This document shows, piece by piece, positions 30,572 through 41,530 of a DNA stretch of 64,000 nt. The position numbers and the translations under genes are program-made. This DNA is from an uncultured Gammaproteobacteria bacterium (GTDB lineage: Bacteria > Pseudomonadota > Gammaproteobacteria > GCA-001735895): the NCBI GenBank assembly GCA_963768295.1, contig CAVYHN010000009.1, forward strand, positions 262,548 through 326,547, written 5' to 3'. Every line of letters starts with the position of its first letter. The first letter of the stretch is position 1. Below the pieces are notes generated by a model. That model was not told the DNA's origin. It was given only the letters and a program-made list of their open reading frames with translations, and made no database searches.

Positions 30572-32620
30572 TTAACTAGTGCCACCAATTGAATTGGGCT
30601 TGGGCAGGTTCGCCAGCTGCTGTGTCAAAAAACTGCTGGTCTGATTGAACTGTGCCACCAGTGCGTCCAGCGCTGCAAACTGCCGAATCAGTCTCGCTTC
30701 GAGGCTGCTAATTCTGTCATCAAGCTTGAAGCGCTCGTCTTCGATGTCTTCCAGCCGCTCGTTGATGTTGTTTTCACGGGAAGCGATGAAACCGTCCGCC
30801 TGAAGGAAACGATCCAGCAGCGAATCCAGCGTTCCCGCCAGGCCACGCGTCACGCTGACCGTGCCCCGGTTGCCGGTTAGACCCGCAAAAACCTCGACCG
30901 ACAGCCCCTTGCTGTCCCCCGACTCGCTGGTCAGCACTTTCCCCTCCGCCGTCGCCGGAATACCGTTGATGCTGCCGATGAAGTCGGTGCCGTCGACCCC
31001 GCTGCCGACCTCCAGGCCGTAGCGATTATCAACCTGGGGATCAATCGCGGTGATTTCCACCGAGGAGCCCACGCCGCTACTGTTTGAAGTAATTACGAAA
31101 CGGTCGCTGGGCAGATCGTAGTTCACCGTTACCGATACGCCGTTCGCGATCAGCGTCGCCGCCGCATTGATCTGGGTTTCGATTTCGGCGGCGAGCGCAT
31201 CCTCGTTGGGGTAGGTGGCATTGGTCAGGGTGATGTTGCCAGTCGAGAAACCATCTACCAGCAGTGTCATATTGTTACTGTTGTTACGCACCCTGAGGTC
31301 GGTTACGGGACCGGTGCCGGTTAAGGTTCCCTGGGTTAGGAACGAGGTCACGTTGACCGCATAGTCGCCGGAGAGGGTTTCCGGCGTTGCCGCAAGATAG
31401 CGCACGCCCGGATCTGAGGTACTGCCCTGCAGCGAAAACAGGGCTTCGACTTGCGCCCCATTATTGGTCAGCGCATCCTTGAGCCTGGTGTTATCGACGT
31501 CCAGCTTGCCACTGGAACTGGTGGTAATCCCGATATCGACCAGTGATCTGATATTGCCGTCGAGTCCCGAGACGCTGCCGAAGATAGTGTTTCGAATCTG
31601 GCTGCTGATGCTGCGCACGGTGAAGTCACCGATCAGGATGTTGCCGCTCTCGGTCTCGGGATTATAGGCGGTCAGCGCGTCGATATTTTCCGCCAGGTCA
31701 TTATAGGCCTGCACGAAACCGTTAATCGAAGCGGTCACTTCCGACAGGTTTTCTTCGACATCGACATTCACGATATTGCCGACATCCGCCTTGATTAGAT
31801 CGAGGGTGACGCCGTTGATCGCACCCGACACGGTATTCGTATCCCGGGTGATATTCAGTCCGTTAATCGACAGGGCCGCATCCTGTGCCGACACGGTCTG
31901 AAACATACCGGTTTGCGCCGCGGCGTTAAATGCGAATTGTGACAACCCCGAGTTATCGTTGTCATTGCCGTCACCGTCACCGGTGACGGTGAGTTCCATG
32001 CTGTTCAGGGCGCCAGTTCTTTCCGAGCTGAGCACCATGCGATAGCCGCTGCCGTCGTTGACGATCGATGCCTGGACGTCGAAGTCATTGTCATTGATAT
32101 AGTCGCGCAGTCCACTCAGCGTATTGTTGCCGTTGGCGGCGCTCACGGTTATCGCCTGGGGTCCCTGTTCAGGATCCGGGGTGAAGCCGTAGGGCGCGGG
32201 CGCGGTGGTAGTGGTGCCGAATTGTATCGTCAGGATACCGTCGCCAATAACGTCGTCGACCGTGGTAAACGCCGTCGCGGCGCTGGAAGCCAGCGATTGC
32301 GCCCTGGCGATCGCCGTGACCTCGACAGAGTAGCTGCCAATATCGGCAAAGTTTTCCACCGAGGCAGAAAAAGGCCCGTCATTGGAAAGCGAAATTGATT
32401 TGGCATCGAAGGCGGTGGAAGACTGCAGGCCGCCCAGGCTGGTTTGAAACTGGGATAGCGAGCTGCGCAATAAACCAAACGCCGACAGCTCGGCGGTCAG
32501 ATCCTGTTCCTTGGCCGACAGGCGATTGGCGACCGGAGCCCGTTCTGCTTCGATCAGGCCTGAAACCAGTGAGCCCAGATCGAGTCCGGAGCCAACACCC
32601 AGTGAGCTGATTGCAGCCAT
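30572..32620 (-). CDS. fliD: flagellar filament cap protein FliD (HAP2), unusually long
   Basis: 682 aa. Conserved FliD N-terminus (MAAISSLGVGSGLDLGSLVSGLIEAERAPV…) and C-terminus, with a long Thr/Gly/Asn/Ser-rich central insertion. Confidence 0.9.
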   Translation of the reverse strand: MAAISSLGVGSGLDLGSLVSGLIEAERAPVANRLSAKEQDLTAELSAFGLLRSSLSQFQTSLGGLQSSTAFDAKSISLSNDGPFSASVENFADIGSYSVEVTAIARAQSLASSAATAFTTVDDVIGDGILTIQFGTTTTAPAPYGFTPDPEQGPQAITVSAANGNNTLSGLRDYINDNDFDVQASIVNDGSGYRMVLSSERTGALNSMELTVTGDGDGNDNDNSGLSQFAFNAAAQTGMFQTVSAQDAALSINGLNITRDTNTVSGAINGVTLDLIKADVGNIVNVDVEENLSEVTASINGFVQAYNDLAENIDALTAYNPETESGNILIGDFTVRSISSQIRNTIFGSVSGLDGNIRSLVDIGITTSSSGKLDVDNTRLKDALTNNGAQVEALFSLQGSTSDPGVRYLAATPETLSGDYAVNVTSFLTQGTLTGTGPVTDLRVRNNSNNMTLLVDGFSTGNITLTNATYPNEDALAAEIETQINAAATLIANGVSVTVNYDLPSDRFVITSNSSGVGSSVEITAIDPQVDNRYGLEVGSGVDGTDFIGSINGIPATAEGKVLTSESGDSKGLSVEVFAGLTGNRGTVSVTRGLAGTLDSLLDRFLQADGFIASRENNINERLEDIEDERFKLDDRISSLEARLIRQFAALDALVAQFNQTSSFLTQQLANLPKPNSIGGTS

Positions 32621-32690
32621 AACTAATTTCCTATTCCAGTCCTTTTAGCGTCCAAGACCAGGTCAGACGCCTGGTCGCTGAAGCAGAAAC

Positions 32691-32722
32691 GAGAAGGGGC
32701 CGTAGAACCACACCCCTTCTCG
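32691..32722 (-). terminator. GC-rich hairpin between flaG and fliD (possible flaG terminator or 5'UTR structure)
   Basis: On the minus strand GAGAAGGGG-(loop)-CCCCTTCTC, followed by GTTTCTGCTTC, 45-75 nt after the flaG stop. Confidence 0.35.
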
Positions 32723-32765
32723 ATATTGCTTTACATTTAGTGAGCAAGAAACAGACCAGTTTTGA

Positions 32766-33176
32766 TCAGGTACTATCAGAAAATAGTAACCCCTGCCCTA
32801 TTTCACCTCGACCAACTGCATTCTTCTGAAAATCACGAAGCTGGGTTGCAATTGCCAGTAAATCCTCGGAAGGAATCTGTCGAATCAATTCACCGCTTTC
32901 CGAATCTATGACGCTGATTATGGTCCTGCCGCTGTCTTCATCGACATTGAAGGCCAAATCCCGCTGTACACTGCGGATAATGTCATTGATCTCGCTAACC
33001 GTTTCACTGATTTCAGCAGTATCGACAACCGGGGCGGGCTGTTCCTTGCCCTTCGGCGGCAAACCCTCGCCACCGTTTACTGGGGATTTGGCTACGTCAG
33101 GCTTCGCGACCTGTCCTGAGTTTTTAGCAGAGCTCAATGCTTTGATCGACGCTATGCTTGTAATCTCGTTAGCCAT
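32766..33176 (-). CDS. flaG: flagellar protein FlaG
   Basis: 136 aa, FlaG family C-terminal pattern (…NVDEDSGRTIISVIDSESGELIRQIPSEDLLAIA…), between fliC and fliD. Confidence 0.85.
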   Translation of the reverse strand: MANEITSIASIKALSSAKNSGQVAKPDVAKSPVNGGEGLPPKGKEQPAPVVDTAEISETVSEINDIIRSVQRDLAFNVDEDSGRTIISVIDSESGELIRQIPSEDLLAIATQLRDFQKNAVGRGEIGQGLLFSDST

Positions 33177-33235
33177 GTTAATTCTCCGCTTGAAGAGAGG
33201 ACTGGCACCAGCGGTGCCAGTCCCTCATTCACCTG

Positions 33236-34615
33236 TTACTGAAGTAGAGCCAGAACATTCTGCGGCAGGGCATTGGCCTGCGACAGGATCGATATACCGG
33301 CCTGCTGCAGGATCTGACTACGCGTCAACTCGGCAGTCTCCGCCGCGAAATCCGCGTCTCGAATACGTGAGCGTGCAGCCGACTGGTTCTCGGTGGTCAC
33401 GGCCAGGTTTGCGATAGTGGATTCGAAGCGAGTCTGTACCGCGCCGAGCTCTGCCCGCAGGCCACTGACCTGTTGCAGCGCAAAGTCAAGCGTCAGCAAT
33501 GCGTCGTTGGCGGTGCTACCGGTGAGCACGTTAACCCCGTTCAGGGTATTGGTGGTCAGCGTCTGCGCACCAGCGGCCAATCCAAGCGCGGTGGTAATTT
33601 GCGTACCTGCCAGGGTGATGCTTTGGCCAACGTCGGCAACCAGCTTGATGCCCGCACTGAAGGTGTCGTCACCATTCGCGGCCAGCACACCGGTCGCGCC
33701 GTCGGCGAGGACAATGTCCGAACCGTCGGTATTGGAGAACGTCAGGTTACCGGCGGCCTGGGCGACGGTTACGCCTGTCTGAGTGCTGAAGGCATTAATC
33801 GCTGCTTCAACCGCACCAGCGGCAACGTTATTCAACGCAATGCTGACACCATTCAACGTGATTGACCCGCTAGCGGCTGCCGTGTAGGCAACTGTTGGGC
33901 TGGTCACAGTCGACTGCTTGAGCGCGGTAACACCGCTATCGGCGGACACGGCGTTGATCTGAGTGATCACGTCGCTGACGGTCGGGCTGGCTGCGGCAAT
34001 AACACCTGCAAGGTCAACCGCAATACCGTTAACAGTCACGTCGTTTGCGGCCAGCGTAGTGCCGAGCCCAATTCCTGTGACCGAAGCTCCATCCACGAAG
34101 GAGGCGCCGAGCTGCGAACCACGAGAGTCCACGCCGTCTACCTGGATCGTTTGATTCTGGTTGGCGCCAACCTGGAAAGTCAGGGTGGACAGCGAACCAT
34201 CGAGAATGTTTTGACCGTTAAACTGGGTTGCACCTGCAATCCGGTTAACTTCAGCAATCAGCTGGTTAACCTCGTTGTTCAGCGCCTGACGGTCTGAAGA
34301 CGAGTTGGTATCGTTGATTGACTGCACCGCCAGTTCACGAATACGCTGCAGGGCGTCACCCGTCGTGCTCAACGCGCCTTCCGCGGTCTGGGCGAATGAC
34401 ACGCCGTCGTTAGCATTACGAATCGCCTGGTTCAAACCACGAATCTGCGTGGTGAAGCGTTCCGAAATTGCCAGGCCCGCAGCATCATCTTTAGCACTAT
34501 TGATGCGCAGACCAGTCGACAAACGCTGTAACGAGGTGGTCAATGTACTTTGAGAACCGTTGAGGTTTCTCTGCGCCGTTAGCGACGCTATATTGGTATT
34601 AATAATTTGAGGCAT
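33236..34615 (-). CDS. fliC: flagellin FliC
   Basis: 459 aa, canonical flagellin N-terminus (MPQIINTNIASLTAQRNLNGSQSTLTTSLQRLSTGLRINSAKDDAAGLAI…) and C-terminus (…LLQ). Confidence 0.95.
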   Translation of the reverse strand: MPQIINTNIASLTAQRNLNGSQSTLTTSLQRLSTGLRINSAKDDAAGLAISERFTTQIRGLNQAIRNANDGVSFAQTAEGALSTTGDALQRIRELAVQSINDTNSSSDRQALNNEVNQLIAEVNRIAGATQFNGQNILDGSLSTLTFQVGANQNQTIQVDGVDSRGSQLGASFVDGASVTGIGLGTTLAANDVTVNGIAVDLAGVIAAASPTVSDVITQINAVSADSGVTALKQSTVTSPTVAYTAAASGSITLNGVSIALNNVAAGAVEAAINAFSTQTGVTVAQAAGNLTFSNTDGSDIVLADGATGVLAANGDDTFSAGIKLVADVGQSITLAGTQITTALGLAAGAQTLTTNTLNGVNVLTGSTANDALLTLDFALQQVSGLRAELGAVQTRFESTIANLAVTTENQSAARSRIRDADFAAETAELTRSQILQQAGISILSQANALPQNVLALLQ

Positions 34616-34703
34616 TGTTCTCTCCTAAAATACACGCTTCAATAGCGTCGAATTTCAATTTTCGGAAAATCCAAAGCGTTTATGGATTCTCCGCTCAGAA
34701 GCT

Positions 34704-34730
34704 TTAACGACCGGGAGAGAATAAACTTTA
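34704..34730 (-). promoter_or_regulatory. sigma-28 promoter (TAAAGTTT-N11-GTCGTTAA) upstream of fliC
   Basis: Reverse complement CTAAAGTTTATTCTCTCCCGGTCGTTAAAG matches the FliA consensus TAAAGTTT-N11-GCCGATAA (6/8 in the -10), about 90 nt upstream of the fliC ATG. Confidence 0.6.
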
Positions 34731-34742
34731 GAAAATTAGTAA

Positions 34743-35942
34743 TTATTTTAGGAAGTTGAATAACGAAGAACTGGTAATTCTGGCAAATACCGCCTGCGCC
34801 GCGTCGAGCGTCGTCTGCTCAAGCGTCAGCTGGCTGATAGCTTCGGCGAGATCGGTATCGCGCAAACTGCTCAATGTTTTTCGCGCCACCAGCACCTGCG
34901 CATCGTTCTCGTCGCGCTGGCTTTCGATCGCATTCAACTTGCCGCCAACCGTGGTGCGGGTATTCAGGGAAACGTCGAGCGCCGCGTCGAGGTCGACCAG
35001 CGACTGGGCGATGTTGGCGGCGCGAACCGCATCGGTGGGCGCTGTGCGCAGGGTATCCGCCAGGTTCGAAACCATCGAGAAGACATCCTGGTACTGCCCG
35101 GCGCTGACGGTAAAAACATCGCCCACCGCGGGCACGCCCGTGATCGAAGTCTGAACGCCCTGAAAATTGATATCCTGGCTGTCGGTATAGGTTGCGCCGG
35201 TGACGATGTTAACCCCGCCGGCGACGTCGAAGACATCGTAAACTCCAGGCGCGACGAAGCGGATTTCATAATCGCCCGGCACATAAACCGAACTGTCCAC
35301 CACGCTGGCCGGGGCGATTACCCCGCTACCGGCGTTGCCCACGGCCGGAATCTCTCGCAGCGCCGCCGCGGATGGAACTGCCATGAAGACACTCTGTCCA
35401 GAGATATCGATCTCCATCTGGCGCACCTTGCTGATCTGGATCGAACGGGTGCCGGCGTCACCGTTAAAACTGGCGTGGTCTATCGAACCGGTGGTCGCCT
35501 GGGTAAACGGCAGGTTGTCGTTTTGATAGCCGGCAAACAAATAGTCGCCATTGGCATCGGTGGTATTCGCCAGGGAATAGAGTTCGCTCAGGCGCTCATC
35601 GAGTTCCACCGCGATGGCGTTACGCGATACTGGATCGAGCGGACCATTATTGCCCTGGAGCGCAAGCTCGCGCACTCGGTTCAGCAGGTCGGCATAGGTT
35701 TTCATGACGGCATCCTGCTGTCCCAGGCGTTGTTCCGCGAGGTTGATGTTGGACTGGTACTGCAGGTTGAGCGATACGTCCTGCTCCAGTTCTAGCACTC
35801 TCGACGCGGCCGCGGGATCGTCCGACGGCTTGTTCAGACGAACCCCGCTGGAGATCTGCTGCTGCAGCTTCGCCAGCTTTTGCTGCTGTTGCTGAAAAGC
35901 CTCGATGCCCTGCGTGTAAATTTGCCTGGTTGAAATTCTCAT
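34743..35942 (-). CDS. flgL: flagellar hook-associated protein FlgL (HAP3)
   Basis: 399 aa, flagellin-like N- and C-terminal helices (MRISTRQIYTQGIEAF…). Confidence 0.9.
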   Translation of the reverse strand: MRISTRQIYTQGIEAFQQQQQKLAKLQQQISSGVRLNKPSDDPAAASRVLELEQDVSLNLQYQSNINLAEQRLGQQDAVMKTYADLLNRVRELALQGNNGPLDPVSRNAIAVELDERLSELYSLANTTDANGDYLFAGYQNDNLPFTQATTGSIDHASFNGDAGTRSIQISKVRQMEIDISGQSVFMAVPSAAALREIPAVGNAGSGVIAPASVVDSSVYVPGDYEIRFVAPGVYDVFDVAGGVNIVTGATYTDSQDINFQGVQTSITGVPAVGDVFTVSAGQYQDVFSMVSNLADTLRTAPTDAVRAANIAQSLVDLDAALDVSLNTRTTVGGKLNAIESQRDENDAQVLVARKTLSSLRDTDLAEAISQLTLEQTTLDAAQAVFARITSSSLFNFLK

Positions 35943-35944
35943 AA

Positions 35945-37867
35945 TTACCTTACGCTATTGAGCAATGTCTCGAATATGGTCTGTGCGGTGCTGATTAAAC
36001 GGGCGGTTGCTTCATAGGCCTGCTGATAACGCACCAGATCAGCTGCTTCTTCGTCCAGATTGACCGAAGCTTTAGCCGATAGTCGGTCGATTGCCTGAAT
36101 TAAAAGCGATTCCTGGGCATCGCGCTCGAGGTTTGCGGCCAGTGTTTGCGAGCCGACGAAACCAACCAGGGTACCGTAATCTTCCTGGTAGGTGGCGATA
36201 CCGCCATCGAATACGCCGACGTTTTGCAGATTGCCGAGGATGAGTGCGTTGCGATTATCGCCGCTGCCGCCAACATTGGATTCGACGCTAAACACATCAC
36301 CGGCCTGCGGCGCTCCGTTCAGGCTTACCTGCCAGCCATTGGCGTCGACCAGCATGTTGTTGCTGAACGGAATCGCGGCGCCGGCCAGGTAAGACACGCC
36401 TCCGACCACGACGTCGGCATCGGCGCGCAATGTCGTTGGTGGATTGTCGAAGGTCAGGGTCGTCGTATTGAGTAAATTGGGGTCGGTGACATCGGTCACG
36501 ATGCCGGCGCTAATATCGAGGCTGCCGAGATTGTTCAGCGAAGCGTTGCTGCGTATGGGCGCCGCCGCGGCTATTTCATTGGGATCGCTGGTCAGCACCT
36601 GCAACCCGCCCGAGGCCGCCAGCGTCGGTTTGATGGTAAAGCGATCGCCCGCAACCGCGGTGGCGCCGTCGATGGTCAGGGTCAATCCCTCAAACACCAG
36701 CGTCGCCGGCGCGCCGTTGGCAACCGTGGCGCTACTGCCGCTGTCCGAGGTCAGGCTCCAGTTGACGCCATCGAAATCCAGTTCGTAATTATCGATGGTC
36801 AACGCGCTTACGTCGCTGACCACGGTGGAGACAGTCGGCGTGCCCAGATTGCTGGAAAAGGCGATCGACTGCGGCGCGTCGTAGCTGAAGAAATCCTGCC
36901 CCAGGTTGCCGTTTAAATCCATGCCTTCGCGCATCTGCGCATTGAAGGTCTCAGCCAGGCCGATCGCCGTGCGTCCGAGCGCATTGCGCGTCGGTTCCAG
37001 CACATTGTTGCGAAAATCGAGCAAGCCGCCGAGTTCGCCACCGGTCAGGTTGGAACTGATATCGAAAACGCTGATCAGGCCGCTGTAGGAAATCACGTCG
37101 CGACTGGGGTCGCCGTTGTCGGGTTGCGCCGCCAGGCTGAAGGCGCTGGTGCCGCTGAGCATGGTCTGCCCGTTACCGATGAATATCGACAGGTTGTTTT
37201 CGCCTTCGTCGACCACGCTGATATCGACCTTTTGCGCGAGTTCGGCGAGCAGCGCGTCACGCTTGTCCAGCAGATCCGCTGATTGCTGGGTCGAGGCCGC
37301 CGACGGCGCAAAATCGTTGAGCGTGACATTGACGTCGCGAATCTGGCCCACCAGGGAGTTGATTTCGTCAACCGTGCTGCGAATATCGGCGCCGGTGTTG
37401 CGCGTCAACTCTTCGAAGCGTTGGTCGAAGCTCTGGAAACGGGCCGCCAGAGTATCCGCGGTGTTGATCAGGGCGAAGCGCGCGGTGCTCGACGCCGGAT
37501 CGTCGGCGACATCCTGCACCGACGCGAAGAAGTCTTGCAGTATCGGCGAGATTCCGCCCAGGGGGTCTGCCAGCACATCATCGATATAGCCGGAGAGTTC
37601 GCTAAACTTTTGCGAACGCGTGAAAATAGAAGTCGAATCGCGCACCTCGCTGGTCAGGAACTGATCGTAGGCGCGCGTAACCGACGCAATCGACGTCCCG
37701 TTACCAAAATAGTTGCCGCCAAAAAATGCCGGCGGATTGGTTACGAACTCAGTAGTCTGGCGACTGTAGCCCGGCGTATTGACATTGGCGATATTATGAC
37801 TGGTAGTGCTCAGCGCGCGCTGAAAAGCCATCAGGCCGCTAACCGCGTTGTTTAACAGATCAGCCAT
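35945..37867 (-). CDS. flgK: flagellar hook-associated protein FlgK (HAP1)
   Basis: 640 aa; N-terminal MADLLNNAVSGLMAFQRALSTTSHNIANVNTPGYSRQ and conserved C-terminus. Confidence 0.9.
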   Translation of the reverse strand: MADLLNNAVSGLMAFQRALSTTSHNIANVNTPGYSRQTTEFVTNPPAFFGGNYFGNGTSIASVTRAYDQFLTSEVRDSTSIFTRSQKFSELSGYIDDVLADPLGGISPILQDFFASVQDVADDPASSTARFALINTADTLAARFQSFDQRFEELTRNTGADIRSTVDEINSLVGQIRDVNVTLNDFAPSAASTQQSADLLDKRDALLAELAQKVDISVVDEGENNLSIFIGNGQTMLSGTSAFSLAAQPDNGDPSRDVISYSGLISVFDISSNLTGGELGGLLDFRNNVLEPTRNALGRTAIGLAETFNAQMREGMDLNGNLGQDFFSYDAPQSIAFSSNLGTPTVSTVVSDVSALTIDNYELDFDGVNWSLTSDSGSSATVANGAPATLVFEGLTLTIDGATAVAGDRFTIKPTLAASGGLQVLTSDPNEIAAAAPIRSNASLNNLGSLDISAGIVTDVTDPNLLNTTTLTFDNPPTTLRADADVVVGGVSYLAGAAIPFSNNMLVDANGWQVSLNGAPQAGDVFSVESNVGGSGDNRNALILGNLQNVGVFDGGIATYQEDYGTLVGFVGSQTLAANLERDAQESLLIQAIDRLSAKASVNLDEEAADLVRYQQAYEATARLISTAQTIFETLLNSVR

Positions 37868-38885
37868 AGTCGCTTACTCCTGGGTTGATGCCGGCCAGCG
37901 TTTGCTGCAACAGCTCACCGCGCAATATGCCGATTACCTTGTCTGCATACCGTGGATCCGTGGCATAACCGGCATCCTGAATGGCGCGGATATAGGCCTG
38001 ATCGTTACCGGCGCTGGACAGCGCCTGCTGGTAGCGCGGATTGGTCTGGATGAAGTCGACATAGTCGGCCAGGCTGTCCGCCGGCGAGGCATAGGCGCGA
38101 AATCGCGAAACCTGGTTTTGCAGAATCCCGTCGCGAAACTCCAGCGACTGGCGCTTTAGCGCAGCGCCCTGCCAGTCAGCGCTCGCCTTGATGCCAAACA
38201 GGTTGTAACTGCTGCGACCATCGTCGAACTTCATCGTGTGCCTGCCCCAGCCAGTTTCCAGTGCGGACTGCGCCACCAGCAGTTCAGGGCTGACGCCGAG
38301 CTGCTGTGCCGCGACGCGGGCGCCGGGCCATAGATCGGCGATAAAATTATCCGGTTTGTGCCAGCGATTGTTGGCGCGCTCAATCTGCGCCACTTCGGCA
38401 AAATCGTCATCGACTACCCGGCCAAGCACGACGCTACTGACGGGCGTTGCTGCTGCGGCAGCCGCTGGTGGCGCGGCCTCGACCGGTGCTGCTGTCGCCA
38501 TAGCCACGGATTGTACCGGCAGTGGAACGCTGACTGGATTCGCGGCTGCGGGATCGATTGCGGTGGCTGTGGCTGCGGCTGTCTGCTCAGCGCCGGGTAT
38601 CTGCTGCATGATCAGTTTCGCCACCCCGAGACGGTCCTGCCCGGCGATGGTTTGCGCCAGTTGTTTGTCGTACATCTCCTGGTAAAAGTCCATGTACGAA
38701 CTTTGCTGCGCGCCATCGACCCTGGAAGCCGAGCGCATCGCAGCCAGCATTTGCTGCACGAACAAGCCTTCAAACTGCCGCGCGACCGTCGCCGCGGCAT
38801 CCTCCGAGTTTTCACGCGCGCGCAGCTTCATTTCGCCAAACTGCTGAAAATTAAGGAAAAAATCTGCCTGAGTGTTTATCGCCAT
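37860..38885 (-). CDS. flgJ: flagellar rod assembly protein / peptidoglycan hydrolase FlgJ
   Basis: 341 aa, N-terminal rod-binding domain plus C-terminal glucosaminidase domain (…LFGIKASADWQG…). Confidence 0.9.
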   Translation of the reverse strand: MAINTQADFFLNFQQFGEMKLRARENSEDAAATVARQFEGLFVQQMLAAMRSASRVDGAQQSSYMDFYQEMYDKQLAQTIAGQDRLGVAKLIMQQIPGAEQTAAATATAIDPAAANPVSVPLPVQSVAMATAAPVEAAPPAAAAAATPVSSVVLGRVVDDDFAEVAQIERANNRWHKPDNFIADLWPGARVAAQQLGVSPELLVAQSALETGWGRHTMKFDDGRSSYNLFGIKASADWQGAALKRQSLEFRDGILQNQVSRFRAYASPADSLADYVDFIQTNPRYQQALSSAGNDQAYIRAIQDAGYATDPRYADKVIGILRGELLQQTLAGINPGVSDYG

Positions 38886-38898
38886 GAAACCTTTCCGC

Positions 38899-40002
38899 TT
38901 AAATCACGATCAGTTCTGCGCTCAGCGCACCGACCTGTTTGAGCGATTCGAGAATCGCTACCAAGTCACCGGGAGAGGCCCCGACCTGGTTAACCGCGCG
39001 CACTATCTCACTTAAGGTCACACCCTTGGGAAAGCGAAACATGCGGTTATTTTCCGCGCTTACCTCGATGTCGGACTGCACATTCTCGGTCGTGGTGCCG
39101 CTGCTGAGGGGCCCCGGTTGTTCGACGTCGACAGTATTGGTAATAGTTACGCTGAGGTTGCCATGCGATACCGCCGCGGAGTAAACCTTGACGTGATTGC
39201 CGATGACAACAGTGCCCGAACGGGAATTAATAATGACTTTGGCCGGCGCCTCGCCGGGCTGGAATTCCAGATTTTCGATAAACGACATGAAACCGACGCG
39301 TTGCGATATGTCTTTGGGCGCGTTTATCGAGACCGTTACGCTGTCCTGCGCGCGCGCATTATTCGGTCCCAGAATCTGGTTGATGGTATCGGCCAGGCGC
39401 TTGGCGGTGGTGAAATCGGCGCGCGTCAGGTTCAGCGTCAGTTTATCGCCGTCGCCGAAGGGATTGGCGATCTCGCGTTCGATGCTGGCTCCGCCTGGAA
39501 TACGGCCCACGCTGGGCACGTTGATAGTCACCGAGGAACCGTCGGCGCCCTCGACGCCGAGCCCGCCCACGATCAGGTTGCCCTGCGCCATCGCATAGAT
39601 ATTGCCATCGGCACCTTTAAGTGGCGTCATCAGCAGCGCACCGCCGCGCAGACTCTTGGCATTGCCCAGCGAGGCAACGGTGATATCAATGGTTTGACCA
39701 ATCTTGGCAAACGGCGGCAGGTCGGCATGAACCGACACCGCGGCCACGTTTTTGACCTGGGGATTCACGTCGGGCGGCAGGGTAATACCATACTGCGACA
39801 ACATGCTTTTCAGGCTTTGCACGGTAAACGGCGTCTGCGAAGTCTGATCGCCCGACCCGTCCAGTCCCACGACCAGGCCATAGCCAACCAGCTGGTTGCT
39901 GCGCACGCCCTTGATCGAGGTAATATCCTTGATGCGTTCGGCCCAGGCTGGCTGCAGAAACCCTATTAAAATCAACAATATAAAAAGCTTACTAAGTCTC
40001 AT
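38899..40002 (-). CDS. flgI: flagellar P-ring protein FlgI
   Basis: 367 aa with signal peptide and conserved FlgI core. Confidence 0.95.
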   Translation of the reverse strand: MRLSKLFILLILIGFLQPAWAERIKDITSIKGVRSNQLVGYGLVVGLDGSGDQTSQTPFTVQSLKSMLSQYGITLPPDVNPQVKNVAAVSVHADLPPFAKIGQTIDITVASLGNAKSLRGGALLMTPLKGADGNIYAMAQGNLIVGGLGVEGADGSSVTINVPSVGRIPGGASIEREIANPFGDGDKLTLNLTRADFTTAKRLADTINQILGPNNARAQDSVTVSINAPKDISQRVGFMSFIENLEFQPGEAPAKVIINSRSGTVVIGNHVKVYSAAVSHGNLSVTITNTVDVEQPGPLSSGTTTENVQSDIEVSAENNRMFRFPKGVTLSEIVRAVNQVGASPGDLVAILESLKQVGALSAELIVI

Positions 40003-40011
40003 GTCGAACTC

Positions 40012-40701
40012 CTAGAACGGGAACAGCGGGCTGTCGAAGAAGCGCGCCAGCCAGCCCCTGGAATTGGATTCGGCGACCACGCCGCCGCCGCCATAGTAAA
40101 TCCGCGAATTGGCGATCTTGCGTGACATCACGGTATTGTTGGAACTGACGTCCTGCGGGCGCACCAGCCCGGAAATGCGGATGAATTCTGATCCCTGGTT
40201 CAGGCCAATAATCTTTTCGCCGCGCACCACCAGGTTGCCGCTCGGCAATATGTCGGTCACGGTTACCGCGATCTCGCCGTTCAGGCTGTTGCTTTGCGCA
40301 CTGTCGCCGCTGCCGCTGAAATCACGTTCACCATCCAGGTTGTTGCTGAACACGTTGTTGCCATTGATGGTTGGTCCGGTGCTGCCCAGGATGGCCAGCG
40401 CGCTGAGATCGATTGCATCATCCTTGCTGGTGCTGGTCTCCGCCGACTTGGAGGCATTGGTCGACTCCGACAGGGTTACGCTGAGCACATCGCCGATACG
40501 AAAGGCCTTGTTGTCCTCGAACAGCCGGACCGAGCGCCCGGCCTGGAAGATGGAACCGTTGGCCTCGGGTTTGAAAGCGGTCGCGGTCAGGTCTACCGGG
40601 GCGTACTGCGGGTCCGGTTGCACTACCATCTGGGTTTGCGCGCAGCCGCCGGCCAGGCATGCCAGCAACAGCGGAAGAATCAACTTGCTTGTAGCCATCA
40701 T
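40012..40701 (-). CDS. flgH: flagellar L-ring lipoprotein FlgH
   Basis: 229 aa, lipoprotein signal (…LLACLAGGCAQ) and FlgH family core. Confidence 0.9.
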   Translation of the reverse strand: MMATSKLILPLLLACLAGGCAQTQMVVQPDPQYAPVDLTATAFKPEANGSIFQAGRSVRLFEDNKAFRIGDVLSVTLSESTNASKSAETSTSKDDAIDLSALAILGSTGPTINGNNVFSNNLDGERDFSGSGDSAQSNSLNGEIAVTVTDILPSGNLVVRGEKIIGLNQGSEFIRISGLVRPQDVSSNNTVMSRKIANSRIYYGGGGVVAESNSRGWLARFFDSPLFPF

Positions 40702-40709
40702 CAGATCAC

Positions 40710-41495
40710 CTAGGTGTTATTGTTGAGGTATTGCAGCATGCCGTCGGCGGTTGCGATCAGCTTGGAGTTCATTTCGTAAGCCCGCTGGGTTTCAATCATG
40801 CTCACCATTTCTTCAACGATGTTGACGTTGGAACCTTCGAGCGAACCCTGACGCAGGCGACCGAGCCCGCTCTGACCGGGGCTGCCTTCCTGGGCGGCGC
40901 CACTGGCGGCCGATTCGACGTAGAGATTCTCACCGATGGGCTGCAGGCCGGTCGGATTGACGAAATTGGCCAGCTGGATGTTACCCACGTTGGCCGGTGA
41001 GGCCTGGCCCTGCAGCTGCGCGCTGACGACGCCGTCGATGCCGATGGTTATCGACTGCGTGTCGGCCGGCAAGGTAATGCCGGGCTGCAATTCATAGCCG
41101 CTGGCGGTAACCAGTTGCCCCTGGTCGGAAACCATGAAGCTGCCGTCGCGGCTATAGGCCTGGGTGCCGTCGGGCAGTAAAATCGGGAAAAAACCCTGAC
41201 CGTCGATCGCGATATCGAGACTTTTGCCGGTATTTTCGATGTTGCCCTGGGTGTGGATCTTTTCCGTTGCCACCACGCGGGTACCGGTGCCGAGCATAAG
41301 CCCGGACGGCAGGCGCGTATCTTCGGAAGTTTGCCCGCCCACCTGGCGCAGGTTCTGGTACAAAAGGTCTTCGAATACCGCGCGCGACTGCTTAAAGCCG
41401 GTAGTGCTGACGTTGGCAAGGTTATTGGAAATCACCGAAAGACGCGTCTGTTGCGCGTCGAGTCCGGTTTTTGCAATCCAAAGGGCCTGATTCAT
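40710..41495 (-). CDS. flgG: flagellar distal rod protein FlgG
   Basis: 261 aa, rod/hook N-terminal (…[14 protein letters not shown]…) and C-terminal (…[20 protein letters not shown]…) motifs. Confidence 0.95.
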   Translation of the reverse strand: MNQALWIAKTGLDAQQTRLSVISNNLANVSTTGFKQSRAVFEDLLYQNLRQVGGQTSEDTRLPSGLMLGTGTRVVATEKIHTQGNIENTGKSLDIAIDGQGFFPILLPDGTQAYSRDGSFMVSDQGQLVTASGYELQPGITLPADTQSITIGIDGVVSAQLQGQASPANVGNIQLANFVNPTGLQPIGENLYVESAASGAAQEGSPGQSGLGRLRQGSLEGSNVNIVEEMVSMIETQRAYEMNSKLIATADGMLQYLNNNT

Positions 41496-41530
41496 GATAC
41501 TTCTCCATCGATTGGTTCTTGATGAAGAAA

